Positions 33,301 through 45,229 of a stretch of 64,000 nt of DNA are shown one piece after another. The notes under the pieces were generated by a model. The model saw only the letters and a list, made by a program, of their open reading frames with translations. It did no database searches and had not been told where the DNA came from. A program made the position numbers and the translations under genes. The stretch is taken from the NCBI RefSeq assembly GCF_023055435.1, contig NW_025963802.1:26784001-26848000 (forward strand), written 5' to 3'. The stretch comes from Haliotis rufescens (lineage: Eukaryota). How positions within the stretch are numbered: position 1 is the stretch's first letter; the number at the start of each line of letters is the position of its first letter.

Positions 33301-36300
33301 GGTTTATGTTGCGTCCAAGTACACTGCTCACCATCTAGTAACCATATGGGTTTATGTTGCGTCTCAGTACACAGCTCACCATCTAGTAACAATATGGGTT
33401 ATGTTGCGTCTCAGTACACAGCTCAGCTCGCGGCTGGTTCACCTTCTTCTCGGAACCCATGTCGTGGAACGAAGCCTTCACCGTGTGTTCAGACCGAGGG
33501 GAACGTCTACTCCACATCAACAATGCTGATAAATACAGCGATGTGACGGACATGATAAACGAGCTCACTGATCAAGGTTATTTGTAAGTATAGTATTTGT
33601 CCATGGGCGACGTAGTTTAACTTGTGAGTTTTTGAAACATGTCTGTTTCATTTTTTCTTGCTTAGCATATACCCATGAAAAAACTTGAATTTTGTTATTT
33701 TATCTTTGGAAATGGGTTTCCAGAATTAAAATGGGACGTGTTCTGTATTATGTTGTATTTTACTTGACAGATTATAAACAAATTATTACAATCCCACTGG
33801 AATCGTCAGAGAGTCTTAAATCTCATATATCCTTGCTTATTCTATCAAGGACTAGTTTTACCTGTGTGATTTAATTAGCTGTAACAGTGTGGAGCTATTC
33901 ATTCACATCAACTATATGTGTAATACATGTTATCCTTACCGCCATGTAGGTCACATCTGGTAGTTATGCCAGGAGTCGGTGATCGCTGGTTCAAATCCAA
34001 GATTCAATTTGATCATGGGCCGTGGTTATACCCAGAGTGGTAAACGCCTGAGACTGNNNNNNNNNNNNNNNNNNNNNNNNNNNNNNNNNNNNNNNNNNNN
34101 NNNNNNNNNNNNNNNNNNNNNNNNNNNNNNNNNNNNNNNNNNNNNNNNNNNNNNNNNNNNNNNNNNNNNNNNNNNNNNNNNNNNNNNNNNNNNNNNNNNN
34201 NNNNNNNNNNNNNNNNNNNNNCTTGACATAACTGAAATACTGTTCGAAATACGTTCATCCATGACTCACTTATCTACGTTTTCTCCATGCGATTACACCC
34301 TTTTTCATTTCTATGCAGCAACTATTGTATGTGTGTTGTTTCACCCTTGTCTCTTTCAGGACGGGTCCCCTGTGGTTAGGTGCCTATAGAACATCAGGAT
34401 CCACTCCGACCACCATGTGGACAGACTGTAGCCTCGCTCAACTCACGCCCTGGCAAAATGCGACTTATAGCGCAGACAAGTTGTGTGCAGAGGTGCATGG
34501 TGATACCTTCGCATGGCAAAAGTGTAACGTGCTTCATCAGTTCATCTGTGAAGGGCATATTGGTAAGTTAGGTACTGACCAAAACACTACGCGACGTACG
34601 AGGGAATCACAGTGTCTTATTCTGTGTGTTCCTCATTTGGGTGGTATTGTTGTTCCAGGTCAATGTCGCAAAACATCTTTGTCCTTTATATGTGTGTTCC
34701 TCATCAGGATGCTATTGTTGTCCCAGGTTGATGTCGGTATGGTCCTTTATATGTGTGTTCCTCATCGGGATGCTATTGTTCTCCCAAGTCAATGTCTGTA
34801 TAAATGTCCTTTATATGTGTGTTCCTCATCAGGATGCTATTGTTGTCCCAGGTTGATGTCGGTATGGTCCTTTATATGTGTGTTCCTCATCGGGATGCTA
34901 TTGTTCTCCCAAGTCAATGTCTGTATAAATGTCCTTTATATGTGTGTTCCTCATCAGGATGCTATTGTTGTCCCAGGTTAATGTCGGTATGGTCCTTTAT
35001 ATGTGTGTTCCTCATCGGGATGCTATTGTTCTCCCAAGTCAATGTCTGTATAAATGTCCTTTATATGTGTGTTCCTCATCGGGATGCTATTGTTCTCCCA
35101 AGTCAATGTCTGTATAAATGTCCTTTATATGTGTGTTCCTCATCGGGATGCTATTGTTCTCCCAAGTCAATGTCTGTATAAATGTTCTATATATGTGTGT
35201 TCCTCATCGGGATGCTATTGTTGTCCCAGGTTGATGTCGGTATGGTCCTTTATATTTGTGTTCCTCATCGGGATGCTATTGTTCTCCCAGGTCAATGTCT
35301 GTATAAATGTCCTTTATATGTGTGTTCCTCATCGGGATGCTATTGTTCTCCCAGGTTGATGTCGGTATGGTCCTTTATATGTGTGTTCCTCATCGGGATG
35401 TTATTGTTCTCCCAGGTCAATGTCTGTATAAATGTCCTTTATATGTGTGTTCCTCATCGGGATGCTATTGTTCTCCCAAGTCAATGTCTGTATAAATGTC
35501 CTTTATATGTGTGTTCCTCATCGGGATGCTATTGTTGTCCCAGGTTGATGTCGGTATGGTCCTTTATATGTGTGTTCCTCATCGGGATGTTATTGTTCTC
35601 CCAGGTCAATGTCTGTATAAATGTCCTTTATATGTGTGTTCCTCATCGGGATGCTATTGTTCTCCCAAGTCAATGTCTGTATAAATGTCCTTTATATGTG
35701 TGTTCCTCATCGGGATGCTATTGTTCTCCCAAGTCAATGTCTGTATAAATGTCCTTTATATGTGTGTTCCTCATCGGGATGCTATTGTTCTCCCAGGTTG
35801 ATGTCGGTATGGTCCTTTATATGTGTGTTCCTCATCGGGATGCTATTGTTCTCCCAAGTCAATGTCTGTATAAATGTCCTTTATATGTGTGTTCCTCATC
35901 GGGATGCTATTGTTCTCCCAAGTCAATGTCTGTATAAATGTCCTTTATATTTGTGTTCCTCATCAGGATGCTATTGTTGTCCCAGGTTGATGTCGGTATG
36001 GTCCTTTATATGTGTGTTCCTCATCGGGATGCTATTGTTCTCCCAAGTCAATGTCTGTATAAATGTCCTTTATATGTGTGTTCCTCATCGGGATGCTATT
36101 GTTCTCCCAAGTCAATGTCGGTATAAATGTTCTATATATGTGTGTTCCTCAAGGATATGCTATTGTTCTCCCAAGTCAATGTCGGTATAAATGTTCTAAA
36201 TATGTGTGTTCCTCAAAGAGATGCTATTGTTCTCCCAAGTCAGTGTCGGTATAAATGTTCTATATATGTGTGTTCCTCAAGGATATGCTATTGTTCTCCC

Positions 36301-39072
36301 AAGTCAATGTCGGTATAAATGTTCTATATATGTGTGTTCCTCAAGGATATGCTATTGTTCTCCCAAGTCAATGTCGGTATAAATGTTCTATATATGTGTG
36401 TTCCTCAAAGAGATGCTATTGTTCTCCCAAGTCAGTGTCGGTATAAATGTTCTATATATGTGTGTTCCTCATCGGGATGCTATTGTTGTCCCAGATCAAT
36501 GTCGGTATGAGAAAACCAGTGGTCATGACCTGGCGTCCGGCAAAGGTCACTCCGGGACGAGGGTCAGCAGTGCCGTATGTGGCAGCTACTGTATGACGTA
36601 TGAATTGCACACTGCGCACTTTGACCTCATCTGTGCAGCCTACAGCTTTAACAACGTGACACGCGAGTGCTTCGTTAACATGAAGCCGAGCCTGTACGAA
36701 CCTGACAAGTCTCCTTCCTTCGCAGCCAACACGGACATGGAGGTGAACGTCAAACGATGCTTCAGTTGTAAGTAGATGCCCACTTCTTGAACCCTGCGGG
36801 TGTCGTCATAGAACATTGTAAAACACGGGCGGTAGTTCATGATTTCATCTCATTTTCTAACTTTATTGACAAGATCTATTGGCATTGAACTAACTCAGTC
36901 TTCAGGTCATTTTTTCTTTGTGCAGAGAATTATGCTTGTGTTATGAATTGCGTTTCTGTAGATATTGCGTAAACGTCATTTGTTATTAGAAACTGAACTT
37001 TAATTTCAAATCCTGGTAAGAATATCATTTCCGTGTGAAAATGTAACCAGCGCCAGTAATNNNNNNNNNNNNNNNNNNNNNNNNNNNNNNNNNNNNNNNN
37101 NNNNNNNNNNNNNNNNNNNNNNNNNNNNNNNNNNNNNNNNNNNNNNNNNNNNNNNNNNNNNNNNNNNNNNNNNNNNNNNNNNNNNNNNNNNNNNNNNNNN
37201 NNNNNNNNNNNNNNNNNNNNNNNNNNNNNNNNNNNNNNNNNNNNNNNNNNNNNNNNNNNNNNNNNNNNGGAGTTACATTATTCTACATTCCAAGACAATT
37301 CAGTCTACTATTTTAGAGGAAATGGTGTGTGGACGGGTACTGCAGGGGATCACCAAGGTTACTGGGTCCCGTATACAGGTGGGTACCCACCCACCACAAG
37401 AAGATACCCTCGTTTCCCGTACAAGATCGGCGTGTAGCGAAACGTAGCCAGCAAAGTTTAATCTTTAAGAAACATGACTGACCATGACGGCGGCATAAAA
37501 CTGTTTAGGTAATCTGGAATGCAAAGCGAGATTTCACTCTGCTGGGTACCTTTCGCTAAATTTGGCAACTCTGCTGGGAACGTGGGTGCCTTCTTGTGTC
37601 AGCTGGGTGCCCCCTGTACTCGGGTTTCCGTACTACCGGTCCTTACAACGACCTCTTTCACTGATTGCTGTGGATCCTTGTTTTATTGTAATCACGTGAT
37701 GAAGTCACCTAAAGTTGTGCTATCTCACTTTTAACAGTGAACATTTCCTCATCATCCGCTGGTCGGCCCGATTCTCGATTGAAGCCAGAAAATCCATGCA
37801 CTAGTGACCAGGTGTTCTTCTCTGCCACCTCTACCACCATCTTCAGCAACGTCACGCCATTGACGCACAGCACTGCGGTACAGTCGTCAACGACCAATGC
37901 CCATAGTAGTATGTTGGACACGCCTAGTTTCGACTTCAGCGCCATGGCGACGGTTGGAGTGAGTGACCACATTCCCACTGCTGTCTCTGTGGTCGGAACC
38001 ACCCTCCAAGGATTGATCACTGTACTTAATGTAGATAATAGTAATGTAAGGTCACACGTATCAGAATCTTCAGACATTTCCCCGAGCTTCAACCTTGTGT
38101 TTCCAAGTGACAACTATGCAAGCACACTCTACTCAAGCACATCGCACATATGGATGACGAGCAGCAGATCCCCACCGCTGTCGTTCCCGCCTCCCAATAC
38201 CGCAACTGAACACGTAACTGGCACGCTTTCCCTATCAGAAAAAATGACACAGGGAACCACTAAATTACCTCCCTTGTCGCAGGGGGACCCCAAACTGATC
38301 AGTTCAGCTTACTCTCAACAAGATGTTATCACACACGGCCTAGTGGCAACGACTACTACATCCGGGGCGTTCAGCGATGTCCCAAACAATCCATCAGGTA
38401 AGCTTTACTGTTGCATTCATGAAAAATACCAACTGTTATATGGAAGTTGAATATTAACGAATACATATTTGACTTTAAATGCTGATAGAGGCACGGTTGC
38501 GCAGCAATTCTATTTGCAGAGTTGGGTCTCTCAGCTCAGCCAACATCAGCTGAACGTGAATCCAAATCTTAGATTTACTCTGAATATGATTATTGGTTTG
38601 TTAGTACCATGCTTCGGTTTACCAAAGTGGTAAATGTCTTTGACATGTGTCTCTTCTGGCTTCCTTTCCATATCGAGCTGACTGACTCAAATGCCGATTT
38701 CCCAAAATTTTGTGTTGACATTTTCCAGGCACCATGTTGTGTACATGCCACTGTCGGCCGTCTAACATAACAGAGGAGCGCCTACGGTCAATCAAGCAAC
38801 ACCTAGCTGTGGATAGAGCCAACCTCTCGACCACCAGGCGCCGGATGATGTCTGCCCCTGACCACCGGAAGTCTGTGACAGCCGTGGGGAGTATCAGCGT
38901 GGGTGTGCTCTGTGTCCTGCTGCTGGTGCTCCTGGCGCTTGACGTGGATCAGGTATTACGACTGGTTACCTGGTGTCACTACGCCACCCCAGGTACTGAA
39001 ACCGGGACATGTGTGGGTAGTGGCCAGACAGCAAGTTCACCAGTCAGAGAGGGGAGGGAACATATGCTGTGA
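30312..39072 (+). CDS. Host type I membrane protein: signal peptide, C-type lectin domain, PAN/apple domain, Ser/Thr stalk, TM. Exons 30312-30351, 33415-33583, 34360-34562, 36495-36767, 37738-38397, 38729-39072
   Basis: All junctions are GT-AG and phase-compatible. MSWNEAFTVC...LWLGAY...W..KC...QFICE is a CTLD; C..YC...CAAYSFN...C is PAN/apple; the last exon has a hydrophobic ISVGVLCVLLLVLLAL. Two introns contain N gaps. Confidence 0.85.
30412..33430 (+). repeat. 48-bp intronic minisatellite (~60 copies)
   Basis: Unit ATGGGTTTATGTTGCGTCTCAGTACACAGCTCACCATCTAGTATCAAT. Confidence 0.97.
34625..36510 (+). repeat. 61/64-bp intronic minisatellite (alternating variants)
   Basis: Unit TATATGTGTGTTCCTCATCGGGATGCTATTGTT(G/C)TCCCA(G/A)GT... 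Confidence 0.97.
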
Positions 39073-40534
39073 ATCAGCACTTAACATTACTTTAAAGGCA
39101 AGATGTTTTATGATTACAACTTCTTCATACTGTTATGATGCGACGTTTCAGTTCAGATCCTTTTTCCGTTGTCAAGCAAGAGTGAAGTAAGTCAGCACAG
39201 AACAGATTATATGCATCTAATATGGATTAACAAAATGAGGAAATACATGACTTGGATTACCAACAACAGCAAAGGATAATACTTGATTGACATAGTAACA
39301 ACAGAAAGAAGAAAATGGCTGATTGATAACAGAAGACGCCAACAGAAGGCGTACAAATATACAGTGCGCAGCGTAATTTGTTCTTTGATCATGACAGTAA
39401 ATGAAACAGGATGAGTAGTGTTCCAAGTGATCTATGTATGATACAAGTTGATTACAGCAGTATCAGTGTCAGGCTCCTCCTCCGCCGGGGCATGGTGTGT
39501 ACCGAAGAAGGGGAAGCGGTAGTATAATCACCCCACATTCCTCGTATAACCGAATACATTTCGCTTTTCTCACCAGTAATACAATCTCAGAAAGCTAATC
39601 TCGCTAGACTCCTATAATCATCTTAAATGTATCCAAATACTCAATGAGTGTCCATACATCCACAAGAGACAAGACCACGACGTCTACTACATCCCAAATT
39701 ACTAACTCCTTACAACAACTACCTCTACCACTAAAGCTATTATCATTATTACTAATCCACTAGTAGCCATTGTGTTACTGACGTTTACTATTACCCTCTT
39801 ACTTCTACTTGGCAGTTTTATATCAATATTTGAGTTAATTACGACGTCGCTATCTTCTATAGTGTCTATTTCCTTCACGGACATTTCAGCCCAGCAACAC
39901 AAAGGTTATGGTTAGCAACATTTAGCGAGACGATGAACGTTTCCCGGGGGTAACTACAACGGGATGAACTGATTTAAACTGACGCAATGAGACGTGACTT
40001 ATGCATTGACCAAAGGACGGTTTTATTCACGCCCGTCTTCGATTTAATCAAGCACTTGATTCAGTTCAATGTGTCAAGAGATTTATTTGGCGTAATCAAG
40101 ATACGGTTTCTGTTAGACACTGCAATTTGAGGTTTTCAATCACAATTACAGAATGCTTGAAACAAGATCGGGGGAAAATCTATAAGGATTCATGCCCTCT
40201 ATCTACTTTTTCAACTTGCACTGACGGTTTAACAGTCACACGTAGTCACTGCAGTAGATGTCACCATCGATTGGCTGATGTCGCGCGGACCTCGGAGAAG
40301 GCACTATTCATAACAGCGACCTTTCATCACACCTTGGACTACCTGTGAGAGAATTACACGGAGATCAAATAGATACTGTTAAGTAAATGGCACGAAAACC
40401 AACTACAGTAATCAAGCTGAAAGAACATGAATTTATATTGTAAGTGTAGAACATTACTTAGTTGGACATAGCATAATTCAGACATTGATTTAGAAGTTGG
40501 GAGAACATGAATACATAATAGCAAGTTTGTTAAA

Positions 40535-40590
40535 TTCTTTGTACGACGTTTCAGAGCTACTTCTTGCTCCTTCATCAGGTGAATGCTCAG
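40535..40590 (-). ncRNA. Possible minimal hammerhead ribozyme (Penelope-type)
   Basis: Minus strand CTGATGA-A-GGAGC-AAGAAGTA-GCTCT-GAAAC-GTC-GTA; catalytic core and stem II present, stem I weak. Confidence 0.5.
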
Positions 40591-41149
40591 TATATATAAA
40601 TCATGATATTTACATAAGGTGGGATTCATGTACAGAGATAACAACATAATGACAAAGGCAGTGACATTTTGATTAATGTACAAAGATATTAACAATATAA
40701 TGACGAACCGATGAGATAGGATGAATGTACAAGGGTAACAATATAATGACGACGCCGATGGGATAGGATTAAGATAACATTGTGATGAAGCCAATGATAT
40801 TAACAGGAGAGGATTATTTAAGTACACTGAAGGTGTAGTGGTGACAGGGATCTGGCTATTGTGACACAAGCACTAAGGTAATCAAGATGTCCATTCTGGT
40901 AGACATAATTTATATTGTACCATATTGGACATAACTTCGTTATGGTTGTCGGATGTTTAGCAACGCTTTGAATATATTCCCATACACTGAACAGCATACA
41001 CAGCACTGGAGGAAAAAACCCTGTAAAGAACTGACGGGCATAACGAACGTATTGTTTGGTCCCGACCATTTGTTATATACATGCTGTACATGTGCTGATA
41101 ACAAACTAAAATTAGTGGTCCCTTTGAGTTCGTTATAACCGTACTTTAC

Positions 41150-42162
41150 TGTACACTGAATAACGTACACATCACTAGGGGAAAGCAACACGCTGACATA
41201 ACTACTGAGTATATTCGCATACACTTAATAGCGTACACAGCACCAGAGGAAAGCAACACGCCGACATAACTACTGAGTATATTCACATACACTTAATAAC
41301 ATACACAACACCAGAGGAAAGCTACACGCTGACATAACTACTGAGTATATTCGCATACACTGAATAAAGTACACAGCACCAGAGGAAAGCAACACGCTGA
41401 CATAACTACTGAGTATATTCACATACACTGAATAACGTACACATCACTAGAGGAAAGCTACACGCTGACATAACTACTGAGTATATTCACATACACTGAA
41501 TAACGTACACATCACCAGAGGAAAGCTACACGCTGACATAACTACTGAGTATATTCGCATACACTGAATAACGTACACAACACCAGAGGAAAGCTACACG
41601 CTGACATAACTACTGAGTATATTCACATACACATAATAACGTACACATCACTAGAGGAAAGCTACACGCTGACATAACTACTGAGTATATTCGCATACAC
41701 TGAATAACGTACACAGCACCAGAGGAAAGCTACACGCTGACATAACTACTGAGTATATTCACATACACATAATAACGTACGCAGCACTAGAGGAAAGCTA
41801 CACGCTGACATAACTACTGAGTATATTCACATACACTGAATAACGTACACAGCACTAGAGAAAAGCTACACGCTGACATAACTACTGAGTATGTTCACAT
41901 ACACATAATAACGTACGCAGCACTAGAGGAAAGCTACACGCTGACATAACTACTGAGTATATTCACATACACATAATAACGTACACATCACTAGAGAAAA
42001 GCTACACGCTGACATAACTACTGAGTATATTCACATACACATAATAACGTACACATCACTAGAGAAAAGCTACACGCTGACATAACTACTGAGTATATTC
42101 ACATACACATAACAACGTACACATCACTAGAGGAAAGCTACACGCTGACATAACTACTGAGT
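41150..42162 (+). repeat. 68-bp minisatellite (~15 copies)
   Basis: Unit ...AGGAAAGCTACACGCTGACATAACTACTGAGTATATTCACATACAC... Confidence 0.95.
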
Positions 42163-43214
42163 TTTAAGCATGTATATCGCATGCCATGGACAGTGTCAAC
42201 TGTGTCGATGTGTCAATACACAAACAACACTGGCCTGTCAGACAGCCAACTTGATTACTTCCAGGCTGCAAGCATGACATGCCCCTCAGCTGCAGACGGA
42301 GTATGGTCAGTGTTTGAGGTAATAAACACGACCCACACTTCAGCATAGACGCCACGTAGGCTACACAAGTATACTTCAACAGCGGTGAATTTGATTACAT
42401 GCAGTAAAACAACATTTGTTTGAGGAGACAGGACACAGACAAGCCTACATGAAAGAAACTGTACGTGCAGACGTAATGTGTTGATTAATTTATTGATACC
42501 CGCTTGTCAATGTTATCGAATGATATACTTGTCATGATATCACGGAGGTGATTCGTGTTATTGAATTATCTTAACAATATTCTAGAATGTGATTTCAAAT
42601 GACAGTATACCTACTGATGACATTCACTTGATTTATTATTGAAAAGTGCTTATCCAGATATCTATCTGACGTCACGTTTGCTTTCGTAAAATAAAACACA
42701 TTAAACTTTTTGTTAGGAGGGCTCTTAAGGAACAACAAGATTCGGATACCAGAAGCCGTATCTGGAAAATAACACACTGCAAGTAGCTTCACCATACATC
42801 ACGCGCAATGTTGCTAGTCGGAATCATCTACCTTGTCAAAACGTCCTATGGTAACACACATTGTGTAAACACTGTATTTGTTTAGATACACTTGTTTCAT
42901 ATCTAACAATTTGATAAGGAGAAAACTACGATAATTTGATGTTGCTAATTAACCGTTGACCTTGTTATCAGTACTCATTATCGTACGTGTCATAATCTGA
43001 GGGCCCATAGGGAAACAAACCCTGGCAAGAACGGGCACTACATCCCCGACATCGATGGCGGATACAAGTCCATCCATTGTTCTCCGCACTGAATATACCG
43101 GCAAATTCGGCGACTTAGCAATGTTGGGTTGATTGCTACAAGGGCAACTGAAAATAAGTTTAGCTCATATGTCAAGTGTTTGGACGTGTTGTCAGCTGTA
43201 GCGGTCCTTAATAG

Positions 43215-44300
43215 TCAATTACGAGTGCGTGTTATCGGTTGAAGTGGTCCCGACCAATCAATTACAAGTACGTGTTATCGGTTGAAGTGGCCCCGACCAA
43301 TAAATTACAAGTACGTGTTATCGGTTGAAGTTCTCCTGACCAATCAATTACAAGTATGTGTTATCAGTTAAGGTGGTCCCGACCAATCAATTACAAGTAC
43401 GTGTTATCGTTTGAAGTGGTCCCGACCAATCAATTACAAGAATGTGTTATCGGTTGAAGTTCTCCTGACCAATCAATTACAAGTATGTGTTATAAGTTAA
43501 GGTGGTCCCGACCAATCAATTACAAGTACGTGTTAAATGTTGAAGTGGTCCCGACCAAATAATTACAAGTACGTGTTTATCGGTTAAAGTGGTCCCGACC
43601 AATCAATTACAAGTACTTGTTATCGGTTGAAGTGGTCCCGACCAATCAATTATAAGTGCGTGTTATCGGTTGAAGTGGTCCCGACCAACCAATTACAAGT
43701 GCGTGTTATCGGTTGAAGTGGTCCCGACCAATCAATTACAAGTACGTGTTATCGGTTGAAGTGGTCCCGACCAATCAATTACAAGTACGTGTTATAGGTT
43801 AAAGTGGTCCCGACCAATCAATTACAAGTACGTGTAAAAAGCCGAAGTGGTACCCACCAGTCAATTCCAAGTACGTATTATGGGTTTAAATAGTCCCGAT
43901 CAGTCAATTGCAAGTACGTGTTATAAGCCGAAATGGCCCCTTCTAGTCAATTGCAGGTACGTGTTATCGGCTGAAGTGGTCCCTTCTCGTACGTGTCAAA
44001 ATCTTAAGTGTTCAAGTCAAGTACATGTACAAGTATGCTTACGTGGTCTTACACGGTGTTATCAACTGATGTGGTGTCGACCAGTTAAGTATATGGACGT
44101 GTTATCAACTGAGGTTGTCTCGACCAGTTCAGTGTATGGACGTGTTATCAACTGAGGTTGTCTCGACCAGTTAAGTATATGAACGAGTTATCAACTGATG
44201 TGGTGTCTACCAGTTAAGTGTATGGACGTGTTATCAATTGAGGTTGTCTAGACGTTTAAAGTGTGTAGGCATGTTATCAACTGAGATGGTCACAACGAGT
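43215..44300 (+). repeat. 43-bp minisatellite decaying into related ~42-bp units
   Basis: Unit GAAGTGGTCCCGACCAATCAATTACAAGTACGTGTTATCGGTT. Confidence 0.92.
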
Positions 44301-45229
44301 TAAGGTTATGGACGTGTGGTGATCTGAGGTGATCCTACCCCGTTAGATGCTCTGAAACGTAAAGCGAGTGTTATTCCATCACGTATCTGTTAGGAGGCGT
44401 TAACTCTAAGTCTTATCAAATTCACTGATGAGTGAATGGAAAGGCGATTACGGTAGTTTTAGCAGAATGTGGGACTTACTTAATAAAATGAAATCATGTG
44501 GTGACAATCATTAACGTTTTTACGCTGTAGTTCTAGCTGTGTTTCTTCACCTGCGATGGTGATAGATGATATCGGTCGGCCAATCCATCATGTCTGAGTG
44601 AGACACTTTACAGTATCTTTTACCAAAATCTGTGTACAAAAACATCAATCCGTGATCAATCGACACCAAATGCACAACGACAGTTTGACTTTTCGTTATT
44701 AATATCCAATGTCCTAAGAACATAGCACGACACAATTATTGATATGCAATGAGTGTATTTGTACATGGGTGTCAGGTTTAATTTGAGTGATTGATGACAT
44801 CCATAACTGGCATGAAGAACAGTCATCTTGTTGGGGGATGTATTCTTGCGCTCAATTGAATATTAATACGAAGTGTTGTTGAGCTACGTTTATGAAAAGG
44901 TTTCCTGGAGACCGCCGAGAAGGGCCAGCAACACACCAGTACTCGTACTGCTGCAGTCCCAGATGAAGCTATTAATCAGATCAATCAAATTATAACAGCC
45001 CCCAATGAGCCGCTCTGACATTTGTTAAAGCTGGTGTAATGCAACTGGCATCATATAAGCACCAAAGGAAACTGTGCATATAACAAAATCATATGCACAG
45101 TTTCGTTTGGTTCCCAGTCTATATCTCGTTTGGTCGTATATTAATTATCATTGGTTCAAGCAACGATTACGCACATTACGCAAAGCACTTTAAGCAAACT
45201 CGATCGAGACGTGCAGTGGCGAAATTATC

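Noticed and set aside
43215-43850. CGACCAATCA in the 43-bp satellite as related to the viral promoter cassette
   Set aside because: The match is limited to the ~10-bp CCAAT motif, with no flanking homology
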